A stretch of 32,000 nt of DNA from Longivirga aurantiaca (GTDB lineage Bacteria; Actinomycetota; Actinomycetes; S36-B12; CAIYMF01), in the NCBI RefSeq assembly GCF_042660085.1, contig NZ_JBHSTI010000002.1, positions 540,001-572,000 on the forward strand, given 5' to 3'. Below, one piece after another: positions 9,356 through 21,719 of this stretch. A program made the translations under genes and the position numbers. Under the pieces are notes generated by a model that saw only the letters and a program-made list of their open reading frames with translations, ran no database searches and had not been told where the DNA came from. Numbering within the stretch: the stretch's first letter is position 1; every line of letters begins with the position of its first letter.

Positions 9356-11344
9356 ATGGCTGAGCACTTCCACCCGCTGGGCAAGGCGGCGTCGTCGACC
9401 ACCGCCGCCGCGGCCGCCGCAGTGCGCTCGTCGCTCCCCTTCGAGGACACCCGTGACTTCGAGGAGTCGAGCCACGGGTTCCTGGCGGCTCCGACGTACC
9501 GGCAGATCCTGGCCGACGACGGGCGGGTCATCTGGGACATGGGTGCCTACGACTGGCTGCTCGAGGGCCAGGACTTCGACTCGATCCATCCGTCGCTGCA
9601 GCGGCAGGCCGTGCTCAACATGGGCTACGGCCTGTACGAGGTCGTGCCCGGCCGCATCTACCAGGTGCGCGGCTTCGACCTCGCCAACGTCAGCTTCATC
9701 CGGTCCGACACCGGGTGGATCGTCATCGACCCGCTCACAGCCAAGGAGACCGCGGCCGCCGCGCTCGCGCTGGTCAACGAGACGCTGGGCGAGCGACCGG
9801 TCGTCGCGGTCATCTACTCGCACTCGCACGGCGACCACTTCGGCGGCGTGCACGGGGTTGTCGACGTCGCCGACGTCGAGAGCGGCAAGGTGCCGGTCAT
9901 CGCACCCGTCGGCTTCCTCGAGCATGCCGTGGCGGAGAACGTGTTCGCCGGCAACGCCATGAACCGCAGGCTCTTCTACCAGTACGGCATCCTGCTGCCG
10001 CAGAGCCCGTTCGGCCACGTCGACCAGGCGATCGGCAAGAACATCGCCCGCGGCACCTCGGGGCTCATCGCACCGACGATCTCGATCGTCGAGGACGTCG
10101 AGGAGCTCACGGTCGACGGCGTCCGCATGGTGTTCCAGAACACGCCCGGCACCGAGGCCCCGGCCGAGATGAATACCTGGTTCCCGGACCTCAAGACGTT
10201 CTGGGCCGCGGAGAACATCACCGGCACGATCCACAACATCTACACGCTGCGTGGCGCCCTCGTCCGTGACGCCCTCGAGTGGTCGAGGCAGATCAACAAG
10301 GCCCTCTACCTCTTCGGCCGCGAGGCCGAGGTCATGTTCGCCTCGCACTCGTGGCCGCGCTGGGGCAACGAGCGCATCCAGGAGGTCATGCGGGCGCAGC
10401 GCGACACCTACGCGCACCTCAACAACGGCGTGCTGCACCTCGCCAACCAGGGCGTCACGATCAACGAGGTGCACAACGTGTACCGCGTCCCCGAGAGTCT
10501 CGAGCAGCAGTGGGCCGCGCGCAGCTACCACGGGTCGGTGGCCCACAACGCCCGTGCCGTGGTCAACCGATACCTCGGATACTGGGACGGCAACCCGACC
10601 ACCCTCATCCCGTTGTCGCCCAAGGACTCTGCGCCGATCTACGTCGAGATGATGGGCGGGGCCGCGCCGATCCTCGCGAAGGGTCGCGAGCTCGTCGACG
10701 CCGGCCACTACCTGCTCGCCACGGAGATCCTCGACAAGCTGGTCTTCGCCGAGCCCGGCAACGCCGAAGCGCGCAACCTGCTCGCCGAGGCGTTCGAGCA
10801 GATCGGCTACCAGCAGGAGAGCCCCAGCGTCCGCAACAGCTTCCTCGCCGCCGCTCTCGAGCTGCGGTCCGGGATCCCGCAGGGCGTCGCACCCAACTCG
10901 TCCGGCCCCGACCTCATCCGAGCGCTGAGCACCGGCCAGTTCCTCGACTTCCTCGGTATCCGCCTCGACCCGGTGAAGGCCCAGGGTGCGGCGTTCGTCG
11001 TCAACCTCGTCACGCCGGACAACGGCGAGAAGTTCGTCGTCGAGCTCAGCAACGGCACGCTCACGAGCCTCGAGGGGTTCACGAGCGACAACGCCGACCT
11101 CACGATCACGCTGAACCGCACCGACATCGAGGACGCGATGATCGGTACCCGTCCCCTGCAGCAGCAGGTGGCCGATGGCACGGCCCAGCTCGAGGGCGAC
11201 GCGTCGGTGCTCATCCAGCTCGCGCAGATGCTCGTGACCTTCCAGCTCGGGTTCGAGATCCTGCCGGGCACCGGCGGCATCCCCGCCCCGACCGCCGACG
11301 ACCCCTTCGCCCAGCCCGCGTTCGGCGACAGCACCGGAGGCTGA
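9356..11344 (+). CDS. metallo-beta-lactamase-fold alkyl/aryl-sulfatase (SdsA1/Bds1-like) with C-terminal SCP2-like domain
   Basis: ATG 9356 follows a GGAGG SD. The MBL metal motif is YSHSHGDHFGG (HxHxDH). The family-typical N-terminal region reads FEDTRDFEESSHGF...WDMGAYDWL. Total length is about 660 aa, with dimerisation and SCP2-like C-terminal parts. No signal peptide is seen. Confidence 0.85.
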   Translation: MAEHFHPLGKAASSTTAAAAAAVRSSLPFEDTRDFEESSHGFLAAPTYRQILADDGRVIWDMGAYDWLLEGQDFDSIHPSLQRQAVLNMGYGLYEVVPGRIYQVRGFDLANVSFIRSDTGWIVIDPLTAKETAAAALALVNETLGERPVVAVIYSHSHGDHFGGVHGVVDVADVESGKVPVIAPVGFLEHAVAENVFAGNAMNRRLFYQYGILLPQSPFGHVDQAIGKNIARGTSGLIAPTISIVEDVEELTVDGVRMVFQNTPGTEAPAEMNTWFPDLKTFWAAENITGTIHNIYTLRGALVRDALEWSRQINKALYLFGREAEVMFASHSWPRWGNERIQEVMRAQRDTYAHLNNGVLHLANQGVTINEVHNVYRVPESLEQQWAARSYHGSVAHNARAVVNRYLGYWDGNPTTLIPLSPKDSAPIYVEMMGGAAPILAKGRELVDAGHYLLATEILDKLVFAEPGNAEARNLLAEAFEQIGYQQESPSVRNSFLAAALELRSGIPQGVAPNSSGPDLIRALSTGQFLDFLGIRLDPVKAQGAAFVVNLVTPDNGEKFVVELSNGTLTSLEGFTSDNADLTITLNRTDIEDAMIGTRPLQQQVADGTAQLEGDASVLIQLAQMLVTFQLGFEILPGTGGIPAPTADDPFAQPAFGDSTGG

Positions 11345-11823
11345 TGGTGACCACCCGCGAGCAGTTCACCGACGAGCAGTGGGCCGAGGCCTCGGCCCTC
11401 CCGGCCCTGGTGATCATGGCGGCGAGCCTCTCGGACGGGAAGGTCATGCCATCGATCCGCGAGCTGAAGGCCGGCGGGGAGGTGCTCGTCGCCGGCGCCG
11501 CGCGATACCCCGACAACGTCCTGCTCCAGCACCTGAAGGATGGCGCCGAGGCCGCGAAGGCGGAGACGAAGCAGGGCCAGGAGCAGGCCGGGCCGACGAG
11601 CGTCGACGACGTCGTCGCCACCCTGCTCGGTCAGATCGAGGAGAGCGTCGCCGTGGCGCGGGGGCGGCTCGCGGCGGAGGAGCTCGCCCAGCTCCGCGAG
11701 GTGCTGCTCGAGGCCGCGACCGCGGTGGTCGCGCGGCTCGGCGGCGGCTTCATGGGCAGCGGGGAGAAGGTCACCGAGTCCGAGACCTCCTTCGTCGCAA
11801 GGCTCGCCGCGCTCCTCGCCTGA
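11344..11823 (+). CDS. hypothetical 159-aa soluble Ala/Glu-rich protein
   Basis: ATG 11344 overlaps the sulfatase stop (TGATG, 1-nt overlap). High GC3. No TM segment. No family recognised. Confidence 0.6.
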   Translation: MVTTREQFTDEQWAEASALPALVIMAASLSDGKVMPSIRELKAGGEVLVAGAARYPDNVLLQHLKDGAEAAKAETKQGQEQAGPTSVDDVVATLLGQIEESVAVARGRLAAEELAQLREVLLEAATAVVARLGGGFMGSGEKVTESETSFVARLAALLA

Positions 11824-11826
11824 CGG

Positions 11827-13535
11827 CTACCGCGCGATGCGCGGGTCCTGCACGCGCTCGCGGATCGCGGCCGCGGCGTCGTCGTCCGGGGCGGCCTGCG
11901 CCTCGAGCTCGGCTGCCACGCGCATCTGGTAGCGCGTGACCTCGGCGTCGCGGGTGGCGTCGTCCCAGCCGAGCACGTCGCCCATCAGGTGCGACGCGTG
12001 GCGGGCCGCGACGAGGCCGCGGTCGCCCGCCTCGAGGTAGAGGCGAGTGCGCCGCGTGAGGACGTCGTCGACGTGCAGCGCGCCCTCGTGCGTGGCCGCG
12101 TGCACGATCTCGACGGCGAGGGTGCCGGCGCCGCCGGGCACCTCCTTCGCCAGCTCGGGCTCGTCGTCGACGTGCAGCAGGAGCTCGGGCAGGAGCCGGC
12201 CGTAGCGGTGCGCGAGCCGGTCGAGGTGCTCGGGGGAGATGTTCTCGGTGCCGGGCGACCCGGCGATCTCCACGAGGTAGTCGGCGGGCTCGCACGCGCC
12301 GACGAGCGGCACCTCGGACGTCGTCGACCCCGGCAGCTGCGCCGGGTCGTCGGGGAAGAGGTCGGGCGCGCAGGCGTCCACGGTGTCCTCGGCCATGACG
12401 CGGTACGTCGTGTACTTGCCCCCCGCGATCGTGACGAGGCCGGGGAGGGGGCGGCGCACGGTGTGCTCGCGCGAGATCTCCGACTCCGAGAGTCCCTCGG
12501 TGTCGACGAGGGGGCGGAGCCCGGCGTACAGCCCGATGACGTCGGACTCGGTGAGGTCGCTCGTGAGCGCGGCGTTGGCCATGTCGAGCAGGTAGTGCAG
12601 GTCCTGGTGCGTGGCCGACGGGTGCGACAGGTCGTGGTGCCAGGTGGTGTCGGTGGTGCCGATCACCCACGAGCGGCCCCACGGGAGGATGAACAGGACC
12701 GAGGTCGCCGTCTTCGTGATGAGCGCGAGCGAGGCGTCGATGCGGTCCTTCGGCACGACGATGTGCACGCCCTTGGACGGCCGCATCCGGATCGGCTGAT
12801 CGACTCCGGCGAGCTGCTCGGTGAGCCCCGCCCAGACCCCGGTCGCGTTGACGACGACCTTCGCCGGGATGTCGTGCGACTCGCCGGTCATCGCGTCGGT
12901 CACCTTCGCGCCGACGACGCGGTCGCCGTCGCGCACGATCTCGGTCACGCGTGCCGCCGACACCAGCGAGGCGCCGTGCGCCGCGGCGGTGCGGGCGAGC
13001 TCGAGGGTGTGGCGGGCGTCGTCGACCTGGGCGTCGTGGTAGCGGATGGCGCCCGCGATGATCTCGGGCCGCAGCGACGGGAAAGCCTTGAGCGCCGCGG
13101 ACTTCGTGAGGTGCGAGTGCCGCGGGACCGACGGCTGGAGCCCGCCCAGGGTGTCGTACAGCGTGAGCCCGGCGCCGACGTACGGCCGCTCCCAGACCTT
13201 GTGCGCGAGGGGGTAGAGGAACGGCAGCGGGGTGACCAGGTGCGGCGCGAGCCGGTCGAGCAGCAGGGCGCGCTCGCGCAGCGCCTCGCGCACGAGACCG
13301 AAGTTGAGCTGCTCGAGGTAGCGCAGGCCGCCGTGGACGAGCTTGGACGACCGCGAGGACGTGCCGGCCGCGAAGTCGCGCTGCTCCACCAGGCCGACCG
13401 ACAGGCCGCGGACCGCGGCGTCGAGCGCCACGCCCGCACCTGTCACGCCGCCACCGACGACGAGCACGTCGACGCCGGCGCGCATGCGCTGCCACGACTC
13501 CGCGCGGTACGCCGCGTCGAGCCGGCCCTTGGTGG

Positions 13536-13539
<4 letters not shown>
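11827..13539 (-). CDS. glpD: FAD-dependent glycerol-3-phosphate dehydrogenase
   Basis: The start ATG (complement of 13537-13539) follows a GGAGG SD. The FAD fold is VLVVGGGVTGAGVALDAAVRG, and SSRSSKLVHGGLRYL is present. The 570-aa product includes the GlpD-type C-terminal domain. The listed 930-aa ORF runs on into galK in a different frame. Confidence 0.93.
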
Positions 13540-14665
<1,126 letters not shown>

Positions 14666-14669
<4 letters not shown>

Positions 14670-15742
14670 GATCCCGCGACCTCCCGCAGCCGCGCCGCGA
14701 TCGACTCCGGCTCGCGGTCGTTGACGAACGCGCCCATGGCGGACTCGGACCCCGCGAGGAACTTCAGCTTGTCGGCGCTGCGCTGCACGGAGAAGAGCTC
14801 GAGGTGCAGGGCGCCGTCGTCCCGCTGCTGGCGCACCGGGGCCTGGTGCCAGGCCGCGATGTACGGGAGCGGGATGCCGAAGAAGGCGTCGCCACGACGC
14901 AGCAGGTCGAGGTAGGCGACCGCGAGGTCGTCGCGCTCGGCGTCGGTGAGGGCCGCGAGGTCGGGCACCCGCCGCCGCGGGTAGAGGTGGACCTCCACCG
15001 GCCAGCGGGAGGCGAACGGCACGAACGCGACCCAGTGCTCGGACTCGAGCACCACCCGTCGTCCGTCCGCGAGCTCGGCTGCCACGACGTCGTCGTAGAG
15101 GTTGCGGCCCGTCGCCTCGCGGTGACGGCGCACCGACTCGAGCTGCGCGCGCGTGTGGGGGGTGACGAAGGGGTACGCGTAGATCTGGCCGTGCGGGTGG
15201 CGCATCGTGACGCCGATGGCCTCGCCGCGGTTCTCGAACACGAACACCTGCTCGACGCCCGGGGTCGAGGTGAGCTCTGCCGTGCGGTCTGCCCACGCCT
15301 CGACGACGAGCCGGGCCCGCTCGACGGACAGGCCGGCGAACGACCCCTCGTGCTCGGAGGTGAAGCAGACGACCTCGCACCGGCCCCAGGCGGCGTGGTG
15401 CTCGAACGGGCCGTCGGCGACGACGTCGCCCGGGGGTCCCACGAACGACGGGAAGCGGTTCTCGAAGACGACGACGTCGTAGTCGTCGCTCGGCACCTCG
15501 GTGGGGTAGCCGGGCCGGGACGGGCAGAGCGGGCAGTCGTCCGCGGCCGGCAGGAAGGTGCGTCCCATGCGGTGGGCGGCCACCGACACCCACTCGTCGA
15601 GCAGCGGGTCGTGGCGCAGCTGCGGCGCGGCACCCCGGGGCTCGAGCGGGCGCGTGTCGACCTGGGTGCGCTCGGGCGCCCCGTCGTGGTCGAAGTGCAC
15701 CAGCTCCCGGCCGTCTGCGAGACGGACCACTGTGCGACGCAT
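14666..15742 (-). CDS. galT: galactose-1-phosphate uridylyltransferase
   Basis: ATG start at 15742. The Zn site is DDCPLCPS and the active-site HPH is RHPHGQIYAYPF. The stop overlaps the galK start (GTGA at 14666-14669). Confidence 0.95.
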
Positions 15743-15744
15743 GC

Positions 15745-16545
15745 TCACCGCTCCCCGGCGCGGGCGCTCTGGCCACGCGCGATGACGAGTTCGCCGACCT
15801 GGCCGCCCAGCACCTCGCGTGCGTGCGGCGTCAGGGCATCGTCCGTGATGAGGACGTCGGCGTCGGACAGAGGGACGATCGTGGACAGGCCGACCACGCC
15901 CCACTTGGAGTGGTCGGCCACGACGACGAGCTGGCGCCCTGCCTCGACGAGAGCGCGGTCGGTCTCGCTCTCCATGAGGTTGGGCGTGGTGAAGCCCCGC
16001 TCGTCCATCCCGTGGACGCCGAGGAACACGACGTCGAGGTGCAGGGTGCGCAGCGCCTCGACGGCGACGGGGCCGACGAGCGCGTCGGACGGCGTGCGGA
16101 TGCCGCCGGTGAGGACGACCGTCTGGTCGGTGCGCCCGCTCGAGAGGACGACGTCCGCGACCCGCATCGAGTTGGTCACCACGGTGATGCCGGGGATGTC
16201 GCGCAGCAGGTGCGCGAGGGTCCACGTCGTGGTGCCGGCTGAGATCCCGACGGCGCTGCCGGGCGTCACCATCTGGGCCGCCACGTGCGCGATCGCGTCC
16301 TTCTCGCCCTGGGCCCGGACCTGCTTGGCCTCGAAGCCCGGCTCGTCGACGCTGCGGCCGCCGACGGAGGTCGCGCCGCCGTGCACCTTGATCACCAGGC
16401 CGCGCTGCGCGAGGGCGTCGAGGTCGCGCCGCACCGTCATGTCCGAGACGCCGAGCCGCGCCACGAGGCTGCTGACGCGGACGGCGCCGAGCCGCTCGAC
16501 CTCGTCGAGGATCACAGCCTGGCGCTGGCTGGCGAGCGGGTTCAT
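15745..16545 (-). CDS. DeoR-family transcriptional regulator
   Basis: ATG start at 16545. The N-terminal wHTH is VRVSSLVARLGVSDMTVRRDLDAL, followed by a DeoR C-terminal sugar-phosphate-binding-type domain (ISAGTTT...VVTNS...VFLGVHGM). The start overlaps the GH42 stop (ATGA at 16542-16545). The stop lies 2 nt before the galT start. Confidence 0.9.
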   Translation of the reverse strand: MNPLASQRQAVILDEVERLGAVRVSSLVARLGVSDMTVRRDLDALAQRGLVIKVHGGATSVGGRSVDEPGFEAKQVRAQGEKDAIAHVAAQMVTPGSAVGISAGTTTWTLAHLLRDIPGITVVTNSMRVADVVLSSGRTDQTVVLTGGIRTPSDALVGPVAVEALRTLHLDVVFLGVHGMDERGFTTPNLMESETDRALVEAGRQLVVVADHSKWGVVGLSTIVPLSDADVLITDDALTPHAREVLGGQVGELVIARGQSARAGER

Positions 16546-18548
16546 GCGCTGCCGCCCCTCTCGCGCACGACGGCGATGCCCCCGGCCGCCACGACGAGGC
16601 TGCCGTCGACGGCGGAGTCGCTCACGAGGTCGTGCCCATGGGCCTCGACCGGGACGGCGGACGACGTGTGGTTGAGCACGAAGAGCCAGGACGCACCGCC
16701 GTCGGACCGGCGGCGAACGACCTCGAGCCCCGGCACGGTGGTCGTGGTCGCCGTGACGCCCGCCTCCGCGACGAGGCGCCGCACGATCGTGGCCGTCGTG
16801 GCGGCATCGGTGCGGGTGGCGACGTACCAGGCGACGCCGTCGCCGTGCTCGTTGCGCGTGACGGCGGGCACCCCCGCCTGCGGGCCGTCGACGTACGTCG
16901 AGACGGCCTCGGCTCCCGCGAGGTGCAGGTGCTCGGTCCAGACGTCGGCGCGGCCGCCGTCGTCGAGGGTGACGACCTCGCCCTCGAGCAGGGGGGCGAA
17001 CTCCTCGACGCGGACGCCGAGCACGTCGCGGAACGCCCCGGGGTAGCCGCCGGCCCGCACGTGGTCGTGCTCGTCGACGATGCCGGAGAAGTACGTGATC
17101 AGCGCATGGCCACCGCCCGCGACGTAGGTGCGCACGGCCTCGGCCGCGGCATCGTCCGCGAGGTAGAGCGTGGGCACGACCACGGCCCTGTAGCCGTCGA
17201 GCGGCGCGCCGGGACGCACGACGTCCGCGGTGATGCCGAGGTCCCACAGCGCGTGGTGGAACGCCCGGGCCCGGTCGGGGTAGCGGACGTCGGACGACGG
17301 GTGGCTGTCGAGCTCGCACGCCCACCAGGCCTCATAGCCCCAGACGATCGCGACGTCGGCGTCGACCCTGCTGCCGGCGACCTCGCCGAGCCGGTCGAGG
17401 AGCGAGCCCAGCTCGACCACCTCGCGCCAGAGCCGGGTGTCGGTGCCGGCGTGGGGGATGAGGCCCGAGTGGAACTTCTCCGCGCCGGCCACGCTCTGCC
17501 GGATCTGGAAGACCGCGAAACCGTCTGCGCCACGGGCGATCTGCTGCACGGCGTCGAGCCGCAGCTTGCCCGCGGGCTTGGCGGTGTTGCGCGGCTGCCA
17601 GTTGACCGCGCTGGGGCTCGTCTCCATGAGCAGCCAGGGAGCGCCGCCCGCGAGGCCCCGGGTCATGTCGGCGCAGAGCGCTGCCTCGACGTGGGTCTCG
17701 GGGTCGGCGAAGTCGGGGTAGTAGTCGGTCGAGACGAGGTCGACCTCCTCGGCCCAGCGCCAGTAGTCGAGCTGGTCGAACCGCGTCATCACCATGAAGT
17801 TGGTCGTGATGGGCACGCCCGGCGACAGCCGGCGCAGCACGTCCCGCTCGGCGACGAACTCGCTGAGCAGGAGGTCGGAGGCGAAGCGGCGGTAGTCGAG
17901 CTGCTGGGTCGGGTTCGCCCAGGCGCCGTCGGGTGTGAGCCGCGGCGGCAGGATCTCCTCGACGTCGGAGTAGCGCTGGCTCCAGAAGGCGGTGCCCCAG
18001 GCGTGGTTGACGCCGTCGAGGTTGCCGTACCGCTCCAGCAGCCATCGGCGGAAGCCCGCGGCGCACGTGTCGCAGTAGCAGCGCGAGGTGTGGCATCCGT
18101 ACTCGTTCCCGACGTGCCAGAGGCGGACGGCGGGATGCGCGCCGAAGCGTCCGGCCACCTGCTCGACGAGGGCGAGGGCGCGCTCGCGCCACGCCGTCGA
18201 CGACGGGCAGTAGGCCTGCCGTGCGCCGGGCCACCGGGTGCGGCCGTCGTGGTCGACCGGCAGCGACTCGGGGTGCAGGCGGGCGAGCCACGGCGGGGGC
18301 GAGGCGGTGGCGGTGGCGAGGTCGACCGTCACGCCCGAGGCGTGCAGGCCGTCGAGGACGTCGCCGAGCCAGTCGAGCTCGTACCGGCCCGGCTCGGGCT
18401 CGAGGTGGGCCCAGGAGAAGATGCCGACGCTGGCGAACGAGACGCCCGCCTCACGCATGAGCCGGTGGTCCTCGTCCCAGACCGCGCGGGGCCACTGCTC
18501 CGGGTTGTAGTCGCCGCCGAAGGCGATGCCGGCCCACGCTCCTGTCAC
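16542..18548 (-). CDS. GH42-family beta-galactosidase
   Basis: GTG start at 18548 follows a GGGGAGG SD. Motifs seen are GGDYNPEQWP, HVGNEYG (acid/base Glu region) and WLLMETSPS (nucleophile Glu region). The product is 668 aa and includes the trimerisation/C-terminal domains. Confidence 0.92.
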   Translation of the reverse strand: MTGAWAGIAFGGDYNPEQWPRAVWDEDHRLMREAGVSFASVGIFSWAHLEPEPGRYELDWLGDVLDGLHASGVTVDLATATASPPPWLARLHPESLPVDHDGRTRWPGARQAYCPSSTAWRERALALVEQVAGRFGAHPAVRLWHVGNEYGCHTSRCYCDTCAAGFRRWLLERYGNLDGVNHAWGTAFWSQRYSDVEEILPPRLTPDGAWANPTQQLDYRRFASDLLLSEFVAERDVLRRLSPGVPITTNFMVMTRFDQLDYWRWAEEVDLVSTDYYPDFADPETHVEAALCADMTRGLAGGAPWLLMETSPSAVNWQPRNTAKPAGKLRLDAVQQIARGADGFAVFQIRQSVAGAEKFHSGLIPHAGTDTRLWREVVELGSLLDRLGEVAGSRVDADVAIVWGYEAWWACELDSHPSSDVRYPDRARAFHHALWDLGITADVVRPGAPLDGYRAVVVPTLYLADDAAAEAVRTYVAGGGHALITYFSGIVDEHDHVRAGGYPGAFRDVLGVRVEEFAPLLEGEVVTLDDGGRADVWTEHLHLAGAEAVSTYVDGPQAGVPAVTRNEHGDGVAWYVATRTDAATTATIVRRLVAEAGVTATTTTVPGLEVVRRRSDGGASWLFVLNHTSSAVPVEAHGHDLVSDSAVDGSLVVAAGGIAVVRERGGSA

Positions 18549-18581
18549 CCGCACAGCCTCCCCTGCGCACGCGGCCGAAGT

Positions 18582-18626
18582 CAACAGTCCCGAACAGGAG
18601 ACAACACTCCCTGTTGGGATCTGTTG
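18582..18626. promoter_or_regulatory. candidate operator / leader hairpin: 45-nt imperfect palindrome with four (C)AACAG-type half-sites
   Basis: CAACAG(18582-87)..AACAGG(18593-98)..CCTGTT(18610-15)..CTGTTG(18621-26). The element lies 34-78 nt upstream of the GH42 start, in the only relatively AT-rich patch of the divergent intergenic region. Confidence 0.45.
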
Positions 18627-18627
18627 A

Positions 18628-21162
<2,535 letters not shown>

Positions 21163-21185
21163 CCCGCGGGTCTAGGGTCACGCCC

Positions 21186-21707
21186 GTGCCTTCGACCAGC
21201 GCGCGCATCGGCGTCGCCATCCCGATCCCCGAGCCGTGGGGCGCGGAGATCGAGGGTTGGCGCTCGTCCCTGGGGGACCCCCAGGCGCATGCCATCCCGG
21301 CGCACATCACCCTGCTGCCCCCGGCCTCGGTCGACACCGCCGACCTCGCCGAGGTCGAACGGCATCTGACGGCGGCGGCCGGAGCGGTCGAGCCCTTCGA
21401 GGTCCACCTGCGCGGCACGGGCACCTTCCGGCCCGTCTCGCCGGTGGTGTTCGTGGCCCTCGCGACGGGGATCGCCGGGTGCGAACGGCTCGAGAGCGGC
21501 GTCCGGTCCGGGGTGCTCGCGCGTCCGGCCGACTTCCCGTACCACCCGCACGTGACCGTGGCGCACGACCTGCCGGACGACGTGCTCGACCGGGCCTACG
21601 ACGCGCTCGGTGCGTTCTCCGCGCGGTTCCTGGTGGAGGAGTTCTGCCTCTACGTGCACGGGGACGACGGCGTCTGGCACGTGCGGAGGAGCTTCCCGCT
21701 GGCCTGA
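21186..21707 (+). CDS. 2H-phosphoesterase / 2'-5' RNA ligase (LigT-like) superfamily protein
   Basis: Two HxT/S motifs, HITLL and HVTVA, are spaced as in the 2H fold. GTG 21186 lies 23 nt after trpS. Confidence 0.8.
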   Translation: MPSTSARIGVAIPIPEPWGAEIEGWRSSLGDPQAHAIPAHITLLPPASVDTADLAEVERHLTAAAGAVEPFEVHLRGTGTFRPVSPVVFVALATGIAGCERLESGVRSGVLARPADFPYHPHVTVAHDLPDDVLDRAYDALGAFSARFLVEEFCLYVHGDDGVWHVRRSFPLA

Positions 21708-21719
21708 CGCGGCGCGCCG

